In this document: positions 37,735 to 49,300 of the stretch, piece after piece
Layout of the letters: each line of letters starts with the position of its first letter
Numbering within the stretch: the first letter of the stretch is position 1
Virus record (IMG/VR): IMGVR_UViG_3300005826_000294
Location: 62,001 to 126,000 of that record
Direction: 5' to 3' (one strand)
DNA length: 64,000 nucleotides
Translations under genes and position numbers: made by a program
Notes under the pieces: model-generated
Seen by the model: only the letters and a program-made list of their open reading frames with translations
What the model was told of the DNA's origin: nothing
Databases searched by the model: none

Positions 37735-39747
37735 TTAACTCCTATAAATTACTTCATAGTCATCTGCAGAACCAGATGCTAAAATATCTATTTCATTATT
37801 ACCACTATCATAATTATAATGATTATATGTTGAAGGTGTATTATTATATTTCATCTTTACTCCATTTCTAAAAACAATAATATCATATCCAGAAGGAGTA
37901 TCTGCGGTTCCAGATCCTCTTGGTGTAGCATTTAAAGCCTCAGAAACCGTTGCTCCTGGAGTTTCGACGCCGGTCGTAGAAAATTCTTCTTCATGTGGTG
38001 TCGAACCAGATCCTGATATTTCAGCCCATTTTATTCCTGTTGCTTCTGAACTATCTGCTGTTAGAACATATCCATCAGAATCTATTGGAAGTCTTGTATT
38101 ATCTGTATCATAAACCCAAAGATCACCTTTTGTTGTTAATGGAGAGGAGGTTCCACTTCCAGATACATAACCATCAAGAGTAATTTGAACAACATTTCCA
38201 TTATTATCTAAATAAAATAATTCTGTATCACCAGCATCATCTTTTGTATATAATAACCCACTATTTTCTAAAGTCGATGGATCATTAATTTCATTTAATG
38301 CTAAATATCCATCAATCTCTAAAGCATCTGTTCCATATCCATCTATAAAAACTGGTTCTCCATTAATAACCCATATTATATTTCCATTAATATATGATTC
38401 GTGAAGGGTTCCAGAACCACTACCTCCTCCGCCTGGTGGAGGTGTCCAAGAGCCATCGGCTCTCAAATAATTAGTCGTTCCCCCTCCAGATGCTGGAGCT
38501 AAACCTTTAAGAGAATCTGTAAAACTATTAAGAATTTCGGTTGCTTGAGAAGAAGTCAAATCAACTGGGTCTCCAGTCCCTGAACCAGAAACTCTACCTT
38601 TGATTGTTGATTGAGCCATATCTGTAAGTTTTGTATTATCAACGACACCAGTATTAATCGTAGGGCCTGGATATGTTCCTGTAAGATCTCCAGAAGCAGA
38701 CCCTATTGGATTTCTTGAATCACTTAATCTAGAATCATTTCCTTGACAAATTGTATTAGCAGAGGAACCATATGTTGGTGTTATAATAGCATCAATATTA
38801 TCTCCTATATTTGTAACACCATTAGAACCTGTAATTGAATCGGTTTGTCCAAATAAATATCCATCTAAACGATATGAAAGACCATAATCATCCATATAAA
38901 TAAGAGCAGAATGTCCTTCTATTTCTTTTGAATATAAAAGACCAGCATTTACTAATGGTAAAGGATCATAAATATCATTTAGAGTTAAATATCCATCAAT
39001 TTCTATAGCATTTTCTTCATTTGCGTCAATAAAAATTGGACCGGAATCCGCATTAATTATTCTTCCTTCGCCACTTCCTCCTTGGTCATATGCTTGATCA
39101 AGAGTGTTATTTAAGGGAATATCTATCCATTTAATACCTAATAATTCTGTACTATCTGCAGATAAAATTTGAGTATCTGTTCCAACGGGAATTCTAGAAG
39201 AAGTTGTTCCATATCCATAAAGATCACCTTTAGTTGTTAAAGGATCAATAACAGATATGTCTTCCCATTTAAATCCAATTGCTTGAGAACTATCAGCCAT
39301 TAAAATTTTGTAATTTGTTCCAATAGGAAGACGATCTTCAACAGTAGAAAACCCATATAAATCACCTTTAGTTGTAAGAGGAGAATCAATTGGTAAACTA
39401 CTAATAGTAATACGTTTTTTATTCCATGAATCAGTACTATCTTCAATTATAAACTCATCAGAAACTGCGGGAGAGCTTTTTAGAGTAATCTGATGAATTT
39501 CGTCAGAGACATTATCGTGTATAGCATCATTGTCTGTTCCAACAAGAGATTCTAAAACAGTTACTCTTTTCCTAACACTTCCAAGTTCTTCTAAATCTGA
39601 TCCTAAAACAGATTGAACTGAAAAAATAGCATCTCTAATTGAAAGTATTTGACTTATATGTGATACATCTTGCTTATTAACAAGGTTGGGCATTTCTGTA
39701 GTTGTATCTAAACTAGTTGGGAAATTACTTTTCCAAGTTTTTACCAT
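37735..39747 (-). CDS. fibre-like virion protein with internal repeats
   Basis: 3x PLTTKGDL...RLP...LxADS...GxKW; 2x TL..AY...IDGYL.LN.I.DP; context. Confidence 0.65.
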   Translation of the reverse strand: MVKTWKSNFPTSLDTTTEMPNLVNKQDVSHISQILSIRDAIFSVQSVLGSDLEELGSVRKRVTVLESLVGTDNDAIHDNVSDEIHQITLKSSPAVSDEFIIEDSTDSWNKKRITISSLPIDSPLTTKGDLYGFSTVEDRLPIGTNYKILMADSSQAIGFKWEDISVIDPLTTKGDLYGYGTTSSRIPVGTDTQILSADSTELLGIKWIDIPLNNTLDQAYDQGGSGEGRIINADSGPIFIDANEENAIEIDGYLTLNDIYDPLPLVNAGLLYSKEIEGHSALIYMDDYGLSYRLDGYLFGQTDSITGSNGVTNIGDNIDAIITPTYGSSANTICQGNDSRLSDSRNPIGSASGDLTGTYPGPTINTGVVDNTKLTDMAQSTIKGRVSGSGTGDPVDLTSSQATEILNSFTDSLKGLAPASGGGTTNYLRADGSWTPPPGGGGSGSGTLHESYINGNIIWVINGEPVFIDGYGTDALEIDGYLALNEINDPSTLENSGLLYTKDDAGDTELFYLDNNGNVVQITLDGYVSGSGTSSPLTTKGDLWVYDTDNTRLPIDSDGYVLTADSSEATGIKWAEISGSGSTPHEEEFSTTGVETPGATVSEALNATPRGSGTADTPSGYDIIVFRNGVKMKYNNTPSTYNHYNYDSGNNEIDILASGSADDYEVIYRS

Positions 39748-39793
39748 TAGCTCTCCTCCGAAAAATTCTATAATTATGTATAGATATTAATAG

Positions 39794-40900
39794 TTAAAGT
39801 ATATTTACTCTAAAACGTTTTATATATTGCCCACCTTCTTGATATATAATTCTTCCTTGAAATGAAACATCATTAGATCCTGAATCACCATCTTGATATA
39901 ACCCTGGATAACCATAAACACCATTTGATCCAGGAGTTCCAGCCGGTCCATTTGCTGCTGATTCATCACAACCACTAACACCTCCTGTTGATCCATCATA
40001 ACCATTCATACCGCCTCCACATCCAGCACCACCTAATCCTCCTGGTCCACCTATTCCATAAGAACCAGCAGAACCACCATCTGCATCTCCACCAATTCCT
40101 GGTTCTCCACTTGAATAAGATGATGAATTTATTGAAAACCATGAACTTGTTGGCCTAGAAGATTCAATAACTATATTTCCTCCATTTCCTCCATTCCTTC
40201 CAGCTCCACCAGTTCCTCCAGCTCCTCCACTTGTAGCACAGCCTCCTGATCCACCAGTTCCACCATTTCCACCATTATAAGAACCTAAATCACAATCAAT
40301 ACTACAAGCAGCATCACCTCCATTTCCTCCATTTCCTCCATTTCCTCCATTTCCTCCATTTCCTCCATTGGCATTCCCACCATTTCCACCATTACCACCA
40401 TCTGATTCTATATTTCCAAGTATAACTTCTACAGAAGATAAAGTAAGATCTCCTCCATTTCCAGCATATCCTCCACCTAAAGCAATTCCGCCATTTGTTG
40501 GATAACCACCAAATTCACCACCCCCACCACTTCCGCCATTTCCTCCACCACTACAAAAGACAGCATCAATCCCATTAGCTCCATTAGTTCCATTGGCCCC
40601 ATTAGTTCCATTAGTTCCATTAGAACTACTACCAGTTCCACCATTATATCCTTTTGTACTTATAGTATTTCCAACACTATATATTTTTCTAATAGCATTA
40701 ATTTCACAATCATTAGAATATCCATTAACATTAGCATGTATATATGCTTCAATACAATTTATAGAAAAATTACTTATAATCGTAGTAGCAGATGATATTG
40801 TAAATATCCCAACATTTATATGAACTCCACCTATATTTCCACCAGAAAAAGTCCAATCATCTCCTCCATGATCACCCCCACCAGTTGCAGTCCAAGTCAT
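39794..40900 (-). CDS. glycine-rich (GGN/GxN repeat) virion-associated protein
   Basis: GTNGTNGANGTNGANG, (GGN)n runs, scattered Cys. Confidence 0.6.
   Translation of the reverse strand: MTWTATGGGDHGGDDWTFSGGNIGGVHINVGIFTISSATTIISNFSINCIEAYIHANVNGYSNDCEINAIRKIYSVGNTISTKGYNGGTGSSSNGTNGTNGANGTNGANGIDAVFCSGGGNGGSGGGGEFGGYPTNGGIALGGGYAGNGGDLTLSSVEVILGNIESDGGNGGNGGNANGGNGGNGGNGGNGGNGGDAACSIDCDLGSYNGGNGGTGGSGGCATSGGAGGTGGAGRNGGNGGNIVIESSRPTSSWFSINSSSYSSGEPGIGGDADGGSAGSYGIGGPGGLGGAGCGGGMNGYDGSTGGVSGCDESAANGPAGTPGSNGVYGYPGLYQDGDSGSNDVSFQGRIIYQEGGQYIKRFRVNIL
40321..40365. repeat. perfect 9-bp tandem repeat x5 (CATTTCCTC), encodes GGN
   Basis: Read directly. Confidence 0.95.
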
Positions 40901-41735
40901 TTAAAAAATCCTCCCTAAATAAACAATATTTTTTATAATATGAATCATATATGTATTTTGATACATTATCTCTAAACCTAACAGAAGCATCATAACCATT
41001 TTTATTAATTTTAAGACCTTGATAATGAAAACAAATTAATAAATCATTATCAACATATATCTTATCATTTTTTATTTTTAATTGATGTTTACACATATTC
41101 CAATATGCTAAATTGATACCATGATGTTTTGATATCAAAACACCTTTAAACTTTTCTGGTTGATCATAAAAAATATTAAAATATCCTTCTTCGGAAAACC
41201 TTCCCCCTTCTCCTGGTTTCCATAAACACCATTCAATGGTTTTCTTTTGCCACCATTTTAAAAATTTATTTCCCAATTTATCATTTTTGCAAGCATAAAA
41301 TCCACCATTATATCTTCCTTGTCTTGGAGGAGGTTCCCCAGATTCTCGTGATGTAACCATAAAAGAATAACTGCCAAGAATGTCATTTATTTGAGAACTT
41401 TTGTCCCAAAAATATAAATCCGAATCAACATAATAAACACAATTCTCATTATAAATGTCAAATATATAACTAGGAATAAAGACCTTACAAGTTTGAGTAT
41501 AAGCATTCCAAGGTCTTGTTAATCGAGCCTTAAATAAATCTGGATAATAGTTTTCTAAATCATATAATTGGATTGGTATTATATTATTTTTATATTTATA
41601 TGCTTCTTGAAAAACTCTTTGATCTAAACATAAAACATAAATTTTCATTGTTGGATCAAAATCTATTATTGATTTACAACATAACCAACCTTCTATTGAA
41701 AAATTACTATCAAATAACATACATGCCGAAATCAT
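40872..41735 (-). CDS. GT-A glycosyltransferase (GT8-like) among fibre genes, paralog of 29011-29847
   Basis: [45 protein letters not shown]. Confidence 0.75.
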   Translation of the reverse strand: MISACMLFDSNFSIEGWLCCKSIIDFDPTMKIYVLCLDQRVFQEAYKYKNNIIPIQLYDLENYYPDLFKARLTRPWNAYTQTCKVFIPSYIFDIYNENCVYYVDSDLYFWDKSSQINDILGSYSFMVTSRESGEPPPRQGRYNGGFYACKNDKLGNKFLKWWQKKTIEWCLWKPGEGGRFSEEGYFNIFYDQPEKFKGVLISKHHGINLAYWNMCKHQLKIKNDKIYVDNDLLICFHYQGLKINKNGYDASVRFRDNVSKYIYDSYYKKYCLFREDFLNDLDCNWWG

Positions 41736-43483
41736 TAGTTAAATACCGCATAAAGATCTGTATATTGTAGATATGCTGTATCTGTTCCTGTTGTAACTCT
41801 TAGATTAAACTCAACAACTAGAAGATTTCCAGGTGTTTCTGGAGGGTTTGAAACGGTAATTGTTTGTTGTAAAACTGTTTCTAATGTATTTGTTGTTGTA
41901 AAGGTTGTACTATCCCAAGTAGAAACGCCATCTCCAACTCTAACAATACATTCTGCAGTATCTCCATAACCACCTGAAACCCAAAGACTAACAACTACTA
42001 ACCACTCATCATTAACACGTCCAGTTGGAATTACAAGTCTAAATGTTTTTTTTGTTACTGAACTAGTTCCTGATTCAGCAAATGTTGTATCATCAGAGAA
42101 TACAAGGAAATGTCCTACTGATCCTCCACCACCACCAGATTGAGCTTGAGGTTCCCATTGATTATTATATGTGCTCCATACTAAGACATCACTATCATTT
42201 GGAGAAGAATTTTCTACAGCTCTTCCTTGAATCGCAATAACAGTAGGATCTGGATAAAAACCATCAAGATCACCACTTGCGGCCTCAGTAATTCCTGGTA
42301 TAGCATCTGGAACCCATTGAGAACCACTATTATTCCAAATTAAAACATCTCCATCATTTGGAGACGCAGAATCTACATTATTTCCTTGTAATCCTGTTAC
42401 AGTAATGTTTGTAAAAACTCCTGATACATCACCACCAGAAGAAGTCGTTGTAAATATAAAATCTGCTCCACTTACTTTGGAATTAATACTTGATGGTGTA
42501 TCAGCAATATGTTGGGCTCCGCCCATAGTGTGTGAAGCAACAGATGGAGTTGCAGGAGCCCATTGGGAACCTGTCCAAGATAAAACTTGTCCAGAACTAG
42601 GAGATGTTAAGGAAATGGCCCTTGTTTGAAGTTGTCCAGCATTTTGAGCATCTGCTAAAACTCCACTTAATCCTCCAACATTTATCTCATCAGCTCCACC
42701 ATTTTCATGAGTAGAAGCATGTGCTCCTGGAGCACCAGCAGGTGTTGGAGTCCATTTTGATCCATCATATGCTAAAACTTCTGATGCTGAAGGAGTCGCA
42801 GAATCTATATTTCTTCCTTGAATTTTAACAACAGTAGGATTTGGATATGTTCCATCTAAATCTCCATTAGCATCTGTTATTCCACTTATAATAACATTTA
42901 TTGGAGTCCATTGGGAACCTGTCCAAGATAAAACTTGATTAGATGCAGGAGATCCAGAAATACTATATCCTAATAATCCAACAACAGTAGGATTAGGTAA
43001 AGATCCATTAAGATCTCCTCCAACATTACCACTTCCTGTTGCTGAAATGACAGTAGCATATCCATCTTCTAATGCTCTTAAATTTGAATAAATTCCATCA
43101 CTCCAACCATTAAATTCATTTGTTTCATCTTTAGCAGTTAATCTCATATTAAGATAAGGACTTCTAACACAAACTCCAACTCTTCCTTTTAGTATTCGAT
43201 TTAATGTTAGTTCTACAATATAAGAACCATAAGCATCTGCGGTAAATGATGTTTTAATATCTCCAACAGATCCTGAGTCTACCTCTCTACTCCAAGACAC
43301 AAAACTTAAAGAAGCAGAAGATCCGGGAGGTTTAGAAACAATTCTCCAAGCATATCCATCTACATGAGTTTTATCTGTATTTTCAAACTCGACTAAACTA
43401 TTATATAGTATATCATCATTACTAATATTAGGTTCTCCACCATTTACGCTGATACTAATAATCGCATTTTGTCTATGCGCCAT
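41735..43483 (-). CDS. fibre-like virion protein with repeated modules
   Basis: About five GDL.G.YP.PTV..IQG / P...VL.W.GSQW.P modules. Confidence 0.65.
   Translation of the reverse strand: MAHRQNAIISISVNGGEPNISNDDILYNSLVEFENTDKTHVDGYAWRIVSKPPGSSASLSFVSWSREVDSGSVGDIKTSFTADAYGSYIVELTLNRILKGRVGVCVRSPYLNMRLTAKDETNEFNGWSDGIYSNLRALEDGYATVISATGSGNVGGDLNGSLPNPTVVGLLGYSISGSPASNQVLSWTGSQWTPINVIISGITDANGDLDGTYPNPTVVKIQGRNIDSATPSASEVLAYDGSKWTPTPAGAPGAHASTHENGGADEINVGGLSGVLADAQNAGQLQTRAISLTSPSSGQVLSWTGSQWAPATPSVASHTMGGAQHIADTPSSINSKVSGADFIFTTTSSGGDVSGVFTNITVTGLQGNNVDSASPNDGDVLIWNNSGSQWVPDAIPGITEAASGDLDGFYPDPTVIAIQGRAVENSSPNDSDVLVWSTYNNQWEPQAQSGGGGGSVGHFLVFSDDTTFAESGTSSVTKKTFRLVIPTGRVNDEWLVVVSLWVSGGYGDTAECIVRVGDGVSTWDSTTFTTTNTLETVLQQTITVSNPPETPGNLLVVEFNLRVTTGTDTAYLQYTDLYAVFN
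42560..42937. repeat. exact 30-bp direct repeat (42560-42589 and 42908-42937), encodes QVLSWTGSQW
   Basis: CCATTGGGAACCTGTCCAAGATAAAACTTG at both positions. Confidence 0.9.
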
Positions 43484-43494
43484 TTAATTTCCTC

Positions 43495-46341
43495 CTATAT
43501 TCCTAAAAGGGCTCTCATTTCGCCATCTGTTATATTTTGAGTTGGATTTCTAAAACCTGCTTTCTTTAAATAAACTTCAATAAGAATTTTGGTTCTAATT
43601 GCTGGTTCAGCAATTGCTTCATAACCATCAGTCATATAAAGTGTCATTAAAGAAATATCTGGATCATAATTCAAACCAACAATATCTGTAATATTACCGC
43701 TAAATGGAACGGAAACATTACTTGAAGTTGATTGAATTGAAGGAGCAATTTTAACTTTTCCATCATCAAAATCTGTTGCTTGAACATAAGAATTATCTGA
43801 GAATTTCATAGCATTAAAGCCAGAAGCAGTTTTCCCATTAGCCTCTTCTGCTACAAAAGTATCAAATAATAAAATTCCTGAATATCCATCAATCAATATT
43901 GGACTTCCATATGCATCTGTAATTGGAACATGTAATGATAAATGAGTCATCTCAAAATCAATTTTATAATCTGTTCCATCTGGGTTAAGTATTTCACCTT
44001 CTAATAACAAATCTCCAGGAATAAAATAATTATTCTGTCCACCATTACATCCATTTACAGGATCTGAAATTGTAGTAGCAAGCTTTCTTCTTGAATCACT
44101 TACAACTACTAAATCTGGGATCCATGTTGGAAAGTATTCTATCTTCCAATTAATACTTGAAAATGGAACATTAGCAAAAGAAGAACAAACACTAGGAATT
44201 TCGGCTTCAGCCTTTAATGAATCAGTTAAATTTTCCACAGTAAGCATTAGTCTAGGAAAAGTTGAACCAGCAGAAAAACTTGAAACTATTTTATCAACAA
44301 AATCTTCTATTAATCCCTCATCAACATTATTAATAATACCATTAGAATCTACATCTGATCTTAATAATGTTTCAATATCAACATATCCATCAATAATAAA
44401 CTGTTGAGTCATTGAATCTGAAAGATCAAGAATATTTGTACCTAATCCAACTCCAAGAATTTCTTCAGTATAATTAAGATAATCTTGTCTTATTTCTTGT
44501 AATGTTAAAAGATCTTCAATACTTATAGAGCCATCTCCATTTACATCTCCATAAGCATCATAAAATAACTCTGCCTTGGTAATACGATAGGTTTCACAAC
44601 AACTTGTTGAATTAGGAGTTAATAATGATCCTACCCAATTATGTTGTAATAAATCAGCATTAGGATAAAGTATATTAAACTCATTTCTTCTAGCCAATCC
44701 AATTATATTTGTTATTCCATTTACTTCGGCAATATTTGCCCTTGGGTTCCTATCTCTTGCACAACCTAATAATAAAGGTGTTGGGTTAGTTTCAAGTAAA
44801 GTATTTAATCTAGACAAACTAATAAGAGAAAAACTAGGAACAGGTTTTACTCTTGAAGAAATAAGATTTCCTGTTCTTTGATCTTGAGTTGGTTCAGAAT
44901 ATTCTAATTGTCTTTCCATAATTATATAGTTATATGCGTCTCTTGTTACTAAACTAAATTCATGAGGACCAGAAACATAAGGAACCTCAGTATTTGTTGA
45001 ATCTTTTTGTATTTTTGGAACTTCAATCCCAATTCCATCTTCATATGCTATTCCATCAGCTACTTTAATATAATCACCATAAACAATATACCACATATCA
45101 CTATCTTTTATATTAATCCATTGAGTTCCATCATAATAGATCATATATCCTGTGTCGCCACGTTGAGGAGCCTCTTCTATTATCAAATCTCCTACACTTG
45201 TGTCTCCAGATCTATGAATTGTAAAAGCATAATATTTATCAGGTGTTACTGGTGATCTTAAAGGATCTGAAATATTAGTATTTGTAAATACAAAATCTAC
45301 TATTTGAGAGTAACCATCTAATACAATACCTTGTTTTTCTAAATCTATTTTATCAAGAGAAAGTTGCCCAATAATTCTAGGATCTGGGTCAAAATCTTCT
45401 GAATTATCTGGTACAGGAGAAACTGGGCAATTTACCTCGGTTTGAAGTTCATAAACAGATAAAGTAACGGCTCCAGACCAATCATATCCATCAACTGAAT
45501 CATAGGCAGACGAAAGTAGAATAGATATTTTTTGAATATTATTACCATTGGACTGAAATTTTTGTCCAATTTTGGTTGTTACATCTAAAGCAGATAAAGT
45601 TCTTTGTTGAGACGATACTAAACCAATATCCAAATCAGCAATAGATTTTGCATCATCATCAGCTCTAATAGCAGTATCTAACATTGTAGTTACTGTTGTT
45701 GTCCAATTTGCTGGAATTAATTCAGCAAAAAACTTATTTGGTTGGGAAGTTTGATATGCTAATATTGTATCACGAGATGCTTCAAGAGAATCAACTTCAA
45801 CAATTAAGCAACGTCCTACAAGATTACCAGAAACAATAGCATTTGATCTACTTCCACGAAGATTCCCAGCAAAATCACCAAAAATTATAGAACGTATTTT
45901 TTTATATCTTCCACGAGTTAATTGAGTTCCATTCTCATTAAAAATAAGATCATCATGTACTAATTCATCACCAAATGTGTCTCCTATAATAGAAACTTTT
46001 GATTGGGATTTTCCTTCTAAAACCACATCAGATAAGGTTATAGAAAGTTGAACTCCTTTAATAACATCACTTACGACATCATCATTATCATATATATTTT
46101 GTCCATCAAAAGAATAAGCATCAAGTAATGCTTGTTGTTCTGAACTAAGATTATTAGTATCAAGTATAACATTCTTTATAGTTGTATTTACAGTAATACC
46201 ACTGCTAAAAAAGTTATGAATGTTGGAAGCATCAATATCTTTATGTCTAGTTTGTTCATCAACCATATCATCTTTATCTACCTGCATTCCATCAAACCAA
46301 TTAACTCGGGATATTCCTACCGGTAATTTTTTGGTAATCAT
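43495..46341 (-). CDS. virion structural protein with a dockerin-like duplicated Ca-binding motif
   Basis: N-terminal RVNWFDGMQV; GDVNGDGSISIEDLL and SDVDSNGIINNVD; context. Confidence 0.6.
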   Translation of the reverse strand: MITKKLPVGISRVNWFDGMQVDKDDMVDEQTRHKDIDASNIHNFFSSGITVNTTIKNVILDTNNLSSEQQALLDAYSFDGQNIYDNDDVVSDVIKGVQLSITLSDVVLEGKSQSKVSIIGDTFGDELVHDDLIFNENGTQLTRGRYKKIRSIIFGDFAGNLRGSRSNAIVSGNLVGRCLIVEVDSLEASRDTILAYQTSQPNKFFAELIPANWTTTVTTMLDTAIRADDDAKSIADLDIGLVSSQQRTLSALDVTTKIGQKFQSNGNNIQKISILLSSAYDSVDGYDWSGAVTLSVYELQTEVNCPVSPVPDNSEDFDPDPRIIGQLSLDKIDLEKQGIVLDGYSQIVDFVFTNTNISDPLRSPVTPDKYYAFTIHRSGDTSVGDLIIEEAPQRGDTGYMIYYDGTQWINIKDSDMWYIVYGDYIKVADGIAYEDGIGIEVPKIQKDSTNTEVPYVSGPHEFSLVTRDAYNYIIMERQLEYSEPTQDQRTGNLISSRVKPVPSFSLISLSRLNTLLETNPTPLLLGCARDRNPRANIAEVNGITNIIGLARRNEFNILYPNADLLQHNWVGSLLTPNSTSCCETYRITKAELFYDAYGDVNGDGSISIEDLLTLQEIRQDYLNYTEEILGVGLGTNILDLSDSMTQQFIIDGYVDIETLLRSDVDSNGIINNVDEGLIEDFVDKIVSSFSAGSTFPRLMLTVENLTDSLKAEAEIPSVCSSFANVPFSSINWKIEYFPTWIPDLVVVSDSRRKLATTISDPVNGCNGGQNNYFIPGDLLLEGEILNPDGTDYKIDFEMTHLSLHVPITDAYGSPILIDGYSGILLFDTFVAEEANGKTASGFNAMKFSDNSYVQATDFDDGKVKIAPSIQSTSSNVSVPFSGNITDIVGLNYDPDISLMTLYMTDGYEAIAEPAIRTKILIEVYLKKAGFRNPTQNITDGEMRALLGI

Positions 46342-46352
46342 TTATTATTCTC

Positions 46353-49300
46353 CTACTTAGTAAAGCTTACAAAAGCTCTAGTATGCGATGGTTTTATTCT
46401 ATTTATTAAATCCTCAATTAATTGATGTGCTAAATCTGTATCAACTAATTCAAATGTGTCTATTACTTCTACAAAGAAATCAAAAATACCTGTTGTTGCG
46501 TCTCTAATTTGTATCAAATACTCTACTTCATTTTGTTCTGTATTAAAATCCAATAATAATCCTGTTATAGCATCATCAATCACTGGTAGAGCAGCATTAA
46601 TATTGCTCGTATATAATAAATCTTTACCAATGAGTTTTCCAGGTCCAAGACCAACAACAATATCCGTTTCAGTAGCTCCAAGATATGTAATTGGTCTTAA
46701 AGCTGAAGAAAATCTTATATTATCCATTCTAGCAAGGGCCGAATATTGTTCAGTAAAATCCGCTCCTATATTTATAATATTAAATGTATCTAAGAGATTA
46801 ATATCAGCAAGAATATTTCTAGAAATAGTTGTTCCAACATCTGCCGATCCCCAAACAGTTTTCATTCCGTATGTAATACCAGTTCCATATATTAAACCAG
46901 TCCCATATCTTACTATACCACCCTCAGTTCCATCTACTATAAAAATAAGTCGATCTTGTCCGTCGCTATTATTAAGATCCCAACCAGCAAATACACGATG
47001 CCAAGTATTTTTCTTCCAATAAATAGGCGTTGAAATTTGATAATCAACACCAGATGCTGTCACCGAAAATACTAAATTACCAATTTCATTTTTAAAAATG
47101 CTAAAACGATCACCTTGTGTTGCTATTGGAACATATGTAATATTAACTTCCAAAATATCTACGGGTAATTGTTGTCCTAAACGGACATTTATTCCATCAT
47201 TTGCTAAACTTCCACCAATAAAATAATTTGTTGTATCTCCTGGAATTGTTATAGATGTTACAGCCCTAGCTCTTTTAGGTAATCTAATAGAAAGAGATGT
47301 AATTACCTGAGCAGTAGAAGAAATTTCGGAAGATAAATCAATATAATATCTTTTACTTGGATCATTATATGTATCTAATATGGGACTTACCCAAAATTCA
47401 ACCGTTCCTTCGTTATTCTTAAATACAGCATTATTATCAATTTGTAATGATTTTTTCATATTAAAAATAGCAGATTGACCAAAATTTGTATTTACGCTGT
47501 TTTCACTTTGTTTATAATTTCCAGAAAAACTGGTTATAAAATTAGCAGAGTTTTCTATATCTTCATTAAAATGAAATAATGCTAATGTTTGATTTGTTGT
47601 TTCAAACTCACGAACAGCAATAGCATCTGTTGATATACTTCTTCCAGAACTTGGTAAAATTTCTCCAGTATGAGTGTCTAAAGACATTTCATCTAAAATT
47701 CTCATCTCATCAATAACAGCATTAGCTTGATTTTCTCCAAATATATCGGAACCAATATATATATTATTAGGTATTTCATTCCAAGGAATAATTAAATATG
47801 CTGGAAAATCAACCTCATACCAACAACTCCTTAATAAGAATGGTTGTCCTCCAGTTCTTGCTGTTTCTAAAGTAATTAACCCATTAGCAAAACCACTATT
47901 TCCATACGAAGTATTTAACATTCTCCAAGATATTGTATTATATCCATCTGGAAATGTAGAATCTAAAACAACGCTATTAGAATCTTTTGCCGTTCCTGAT
48001 GGATCTAATGGAACATCTATAATAGTATATGTATTAGAAATTGCAGATGTTGTTACTCCATAAGCATCTTTTGCTGATATAATATTAATTATTTTATTAA
48101 TATCTTCTTCACCAAATCTTGAATAAATATCTGTAAGATTTGGTGATCCAGAAGTCACATATCCATCACTTCCAACTTGTTCTATGGAAGATAAATGAAT
48201 ATCAGCATAGAGACCACTATTTTCTGGCCAGTTAATAGGAAAAGTTTCTCTAATTTCAATAGCTCCTGCTGATAATGATGAATCAATTGGCGAGAAAGAA
48301 ACATTAATATCTGTAAGGGATGTAAAAAACTTTGTTGTAGATTGTTTTCCTGGTCCGCTAAAAGTAATAATTTCAACATTAGTTCCATCATAAGTGGTTC
48401 CAACAATTACAACCTGATTAAATCCAAACCAATCAATATTATTACCAGAAACAGTTATGGTTAAACTTCTTCCAGTATCAGTATTTGATGGTTGGCAAAA
48501 ATCAAGACTAGAGGTTAATATAGTAACGAGATGACCGCCAACCAATGTAGCAATCAAAGCAAAAGAACCAGGTTCAATCATTGTTCTTTTTATTATCATA
48601 TTAACAATATTTATTTTAGAAATAGCAGTTGGAGCAGGCATTATTGTATTTAATAAGTTTGTTTTTAAATCAGGCCATACATATACAAATTGAGAACACC
48701 TACCAAGAGTTAATCCATATGTTTTTATTGAAATTGGGCTACCAGTAGATACACCATTATAAATATTAACAAAATCCATATATCCATCTTTATTTAAACT
48801 ATAATCTGGTGTTAATGTATTTGGAGAATTTAATTCAATTTCTGTTCCATAAGAATCTTCAACAAATATTCTTATTTTTTCTATTTCGACATCACTAACT
48901 GTTTGAAGTTCAAGTGGGTTTATTGTATATCTAATATTTTCTAATGTAGCATTTGCGGTCCATAAAACTCCAGATCCTGGAAGACCTAAACTATCTCCGA
49001 CCTCTATTTCAAGAAAATTTTGCCCTACAGTTTTTACATATGCGAATGGGAAACTCTGAGTGCTTAGACCATCTGTCGTATCATCAAGAATTTCAAATCT
49101 ATTTCCAATAGAAACACCATTTCCAGAAAAATTTGAGCTCAATGATACAACTTGCGAAGATCCTTGGGTTGTTTGGAGATCGAACCCTCCAATGGTAGGA
49201 GAAGTGGCAGAAATTACCAAAATCTCTTTCGCTTCATCCAAAAATTTTGAGCCATTAGGAACAGTTATAGGGTTTTTAAACCTATAAGTATTTTTATTAA

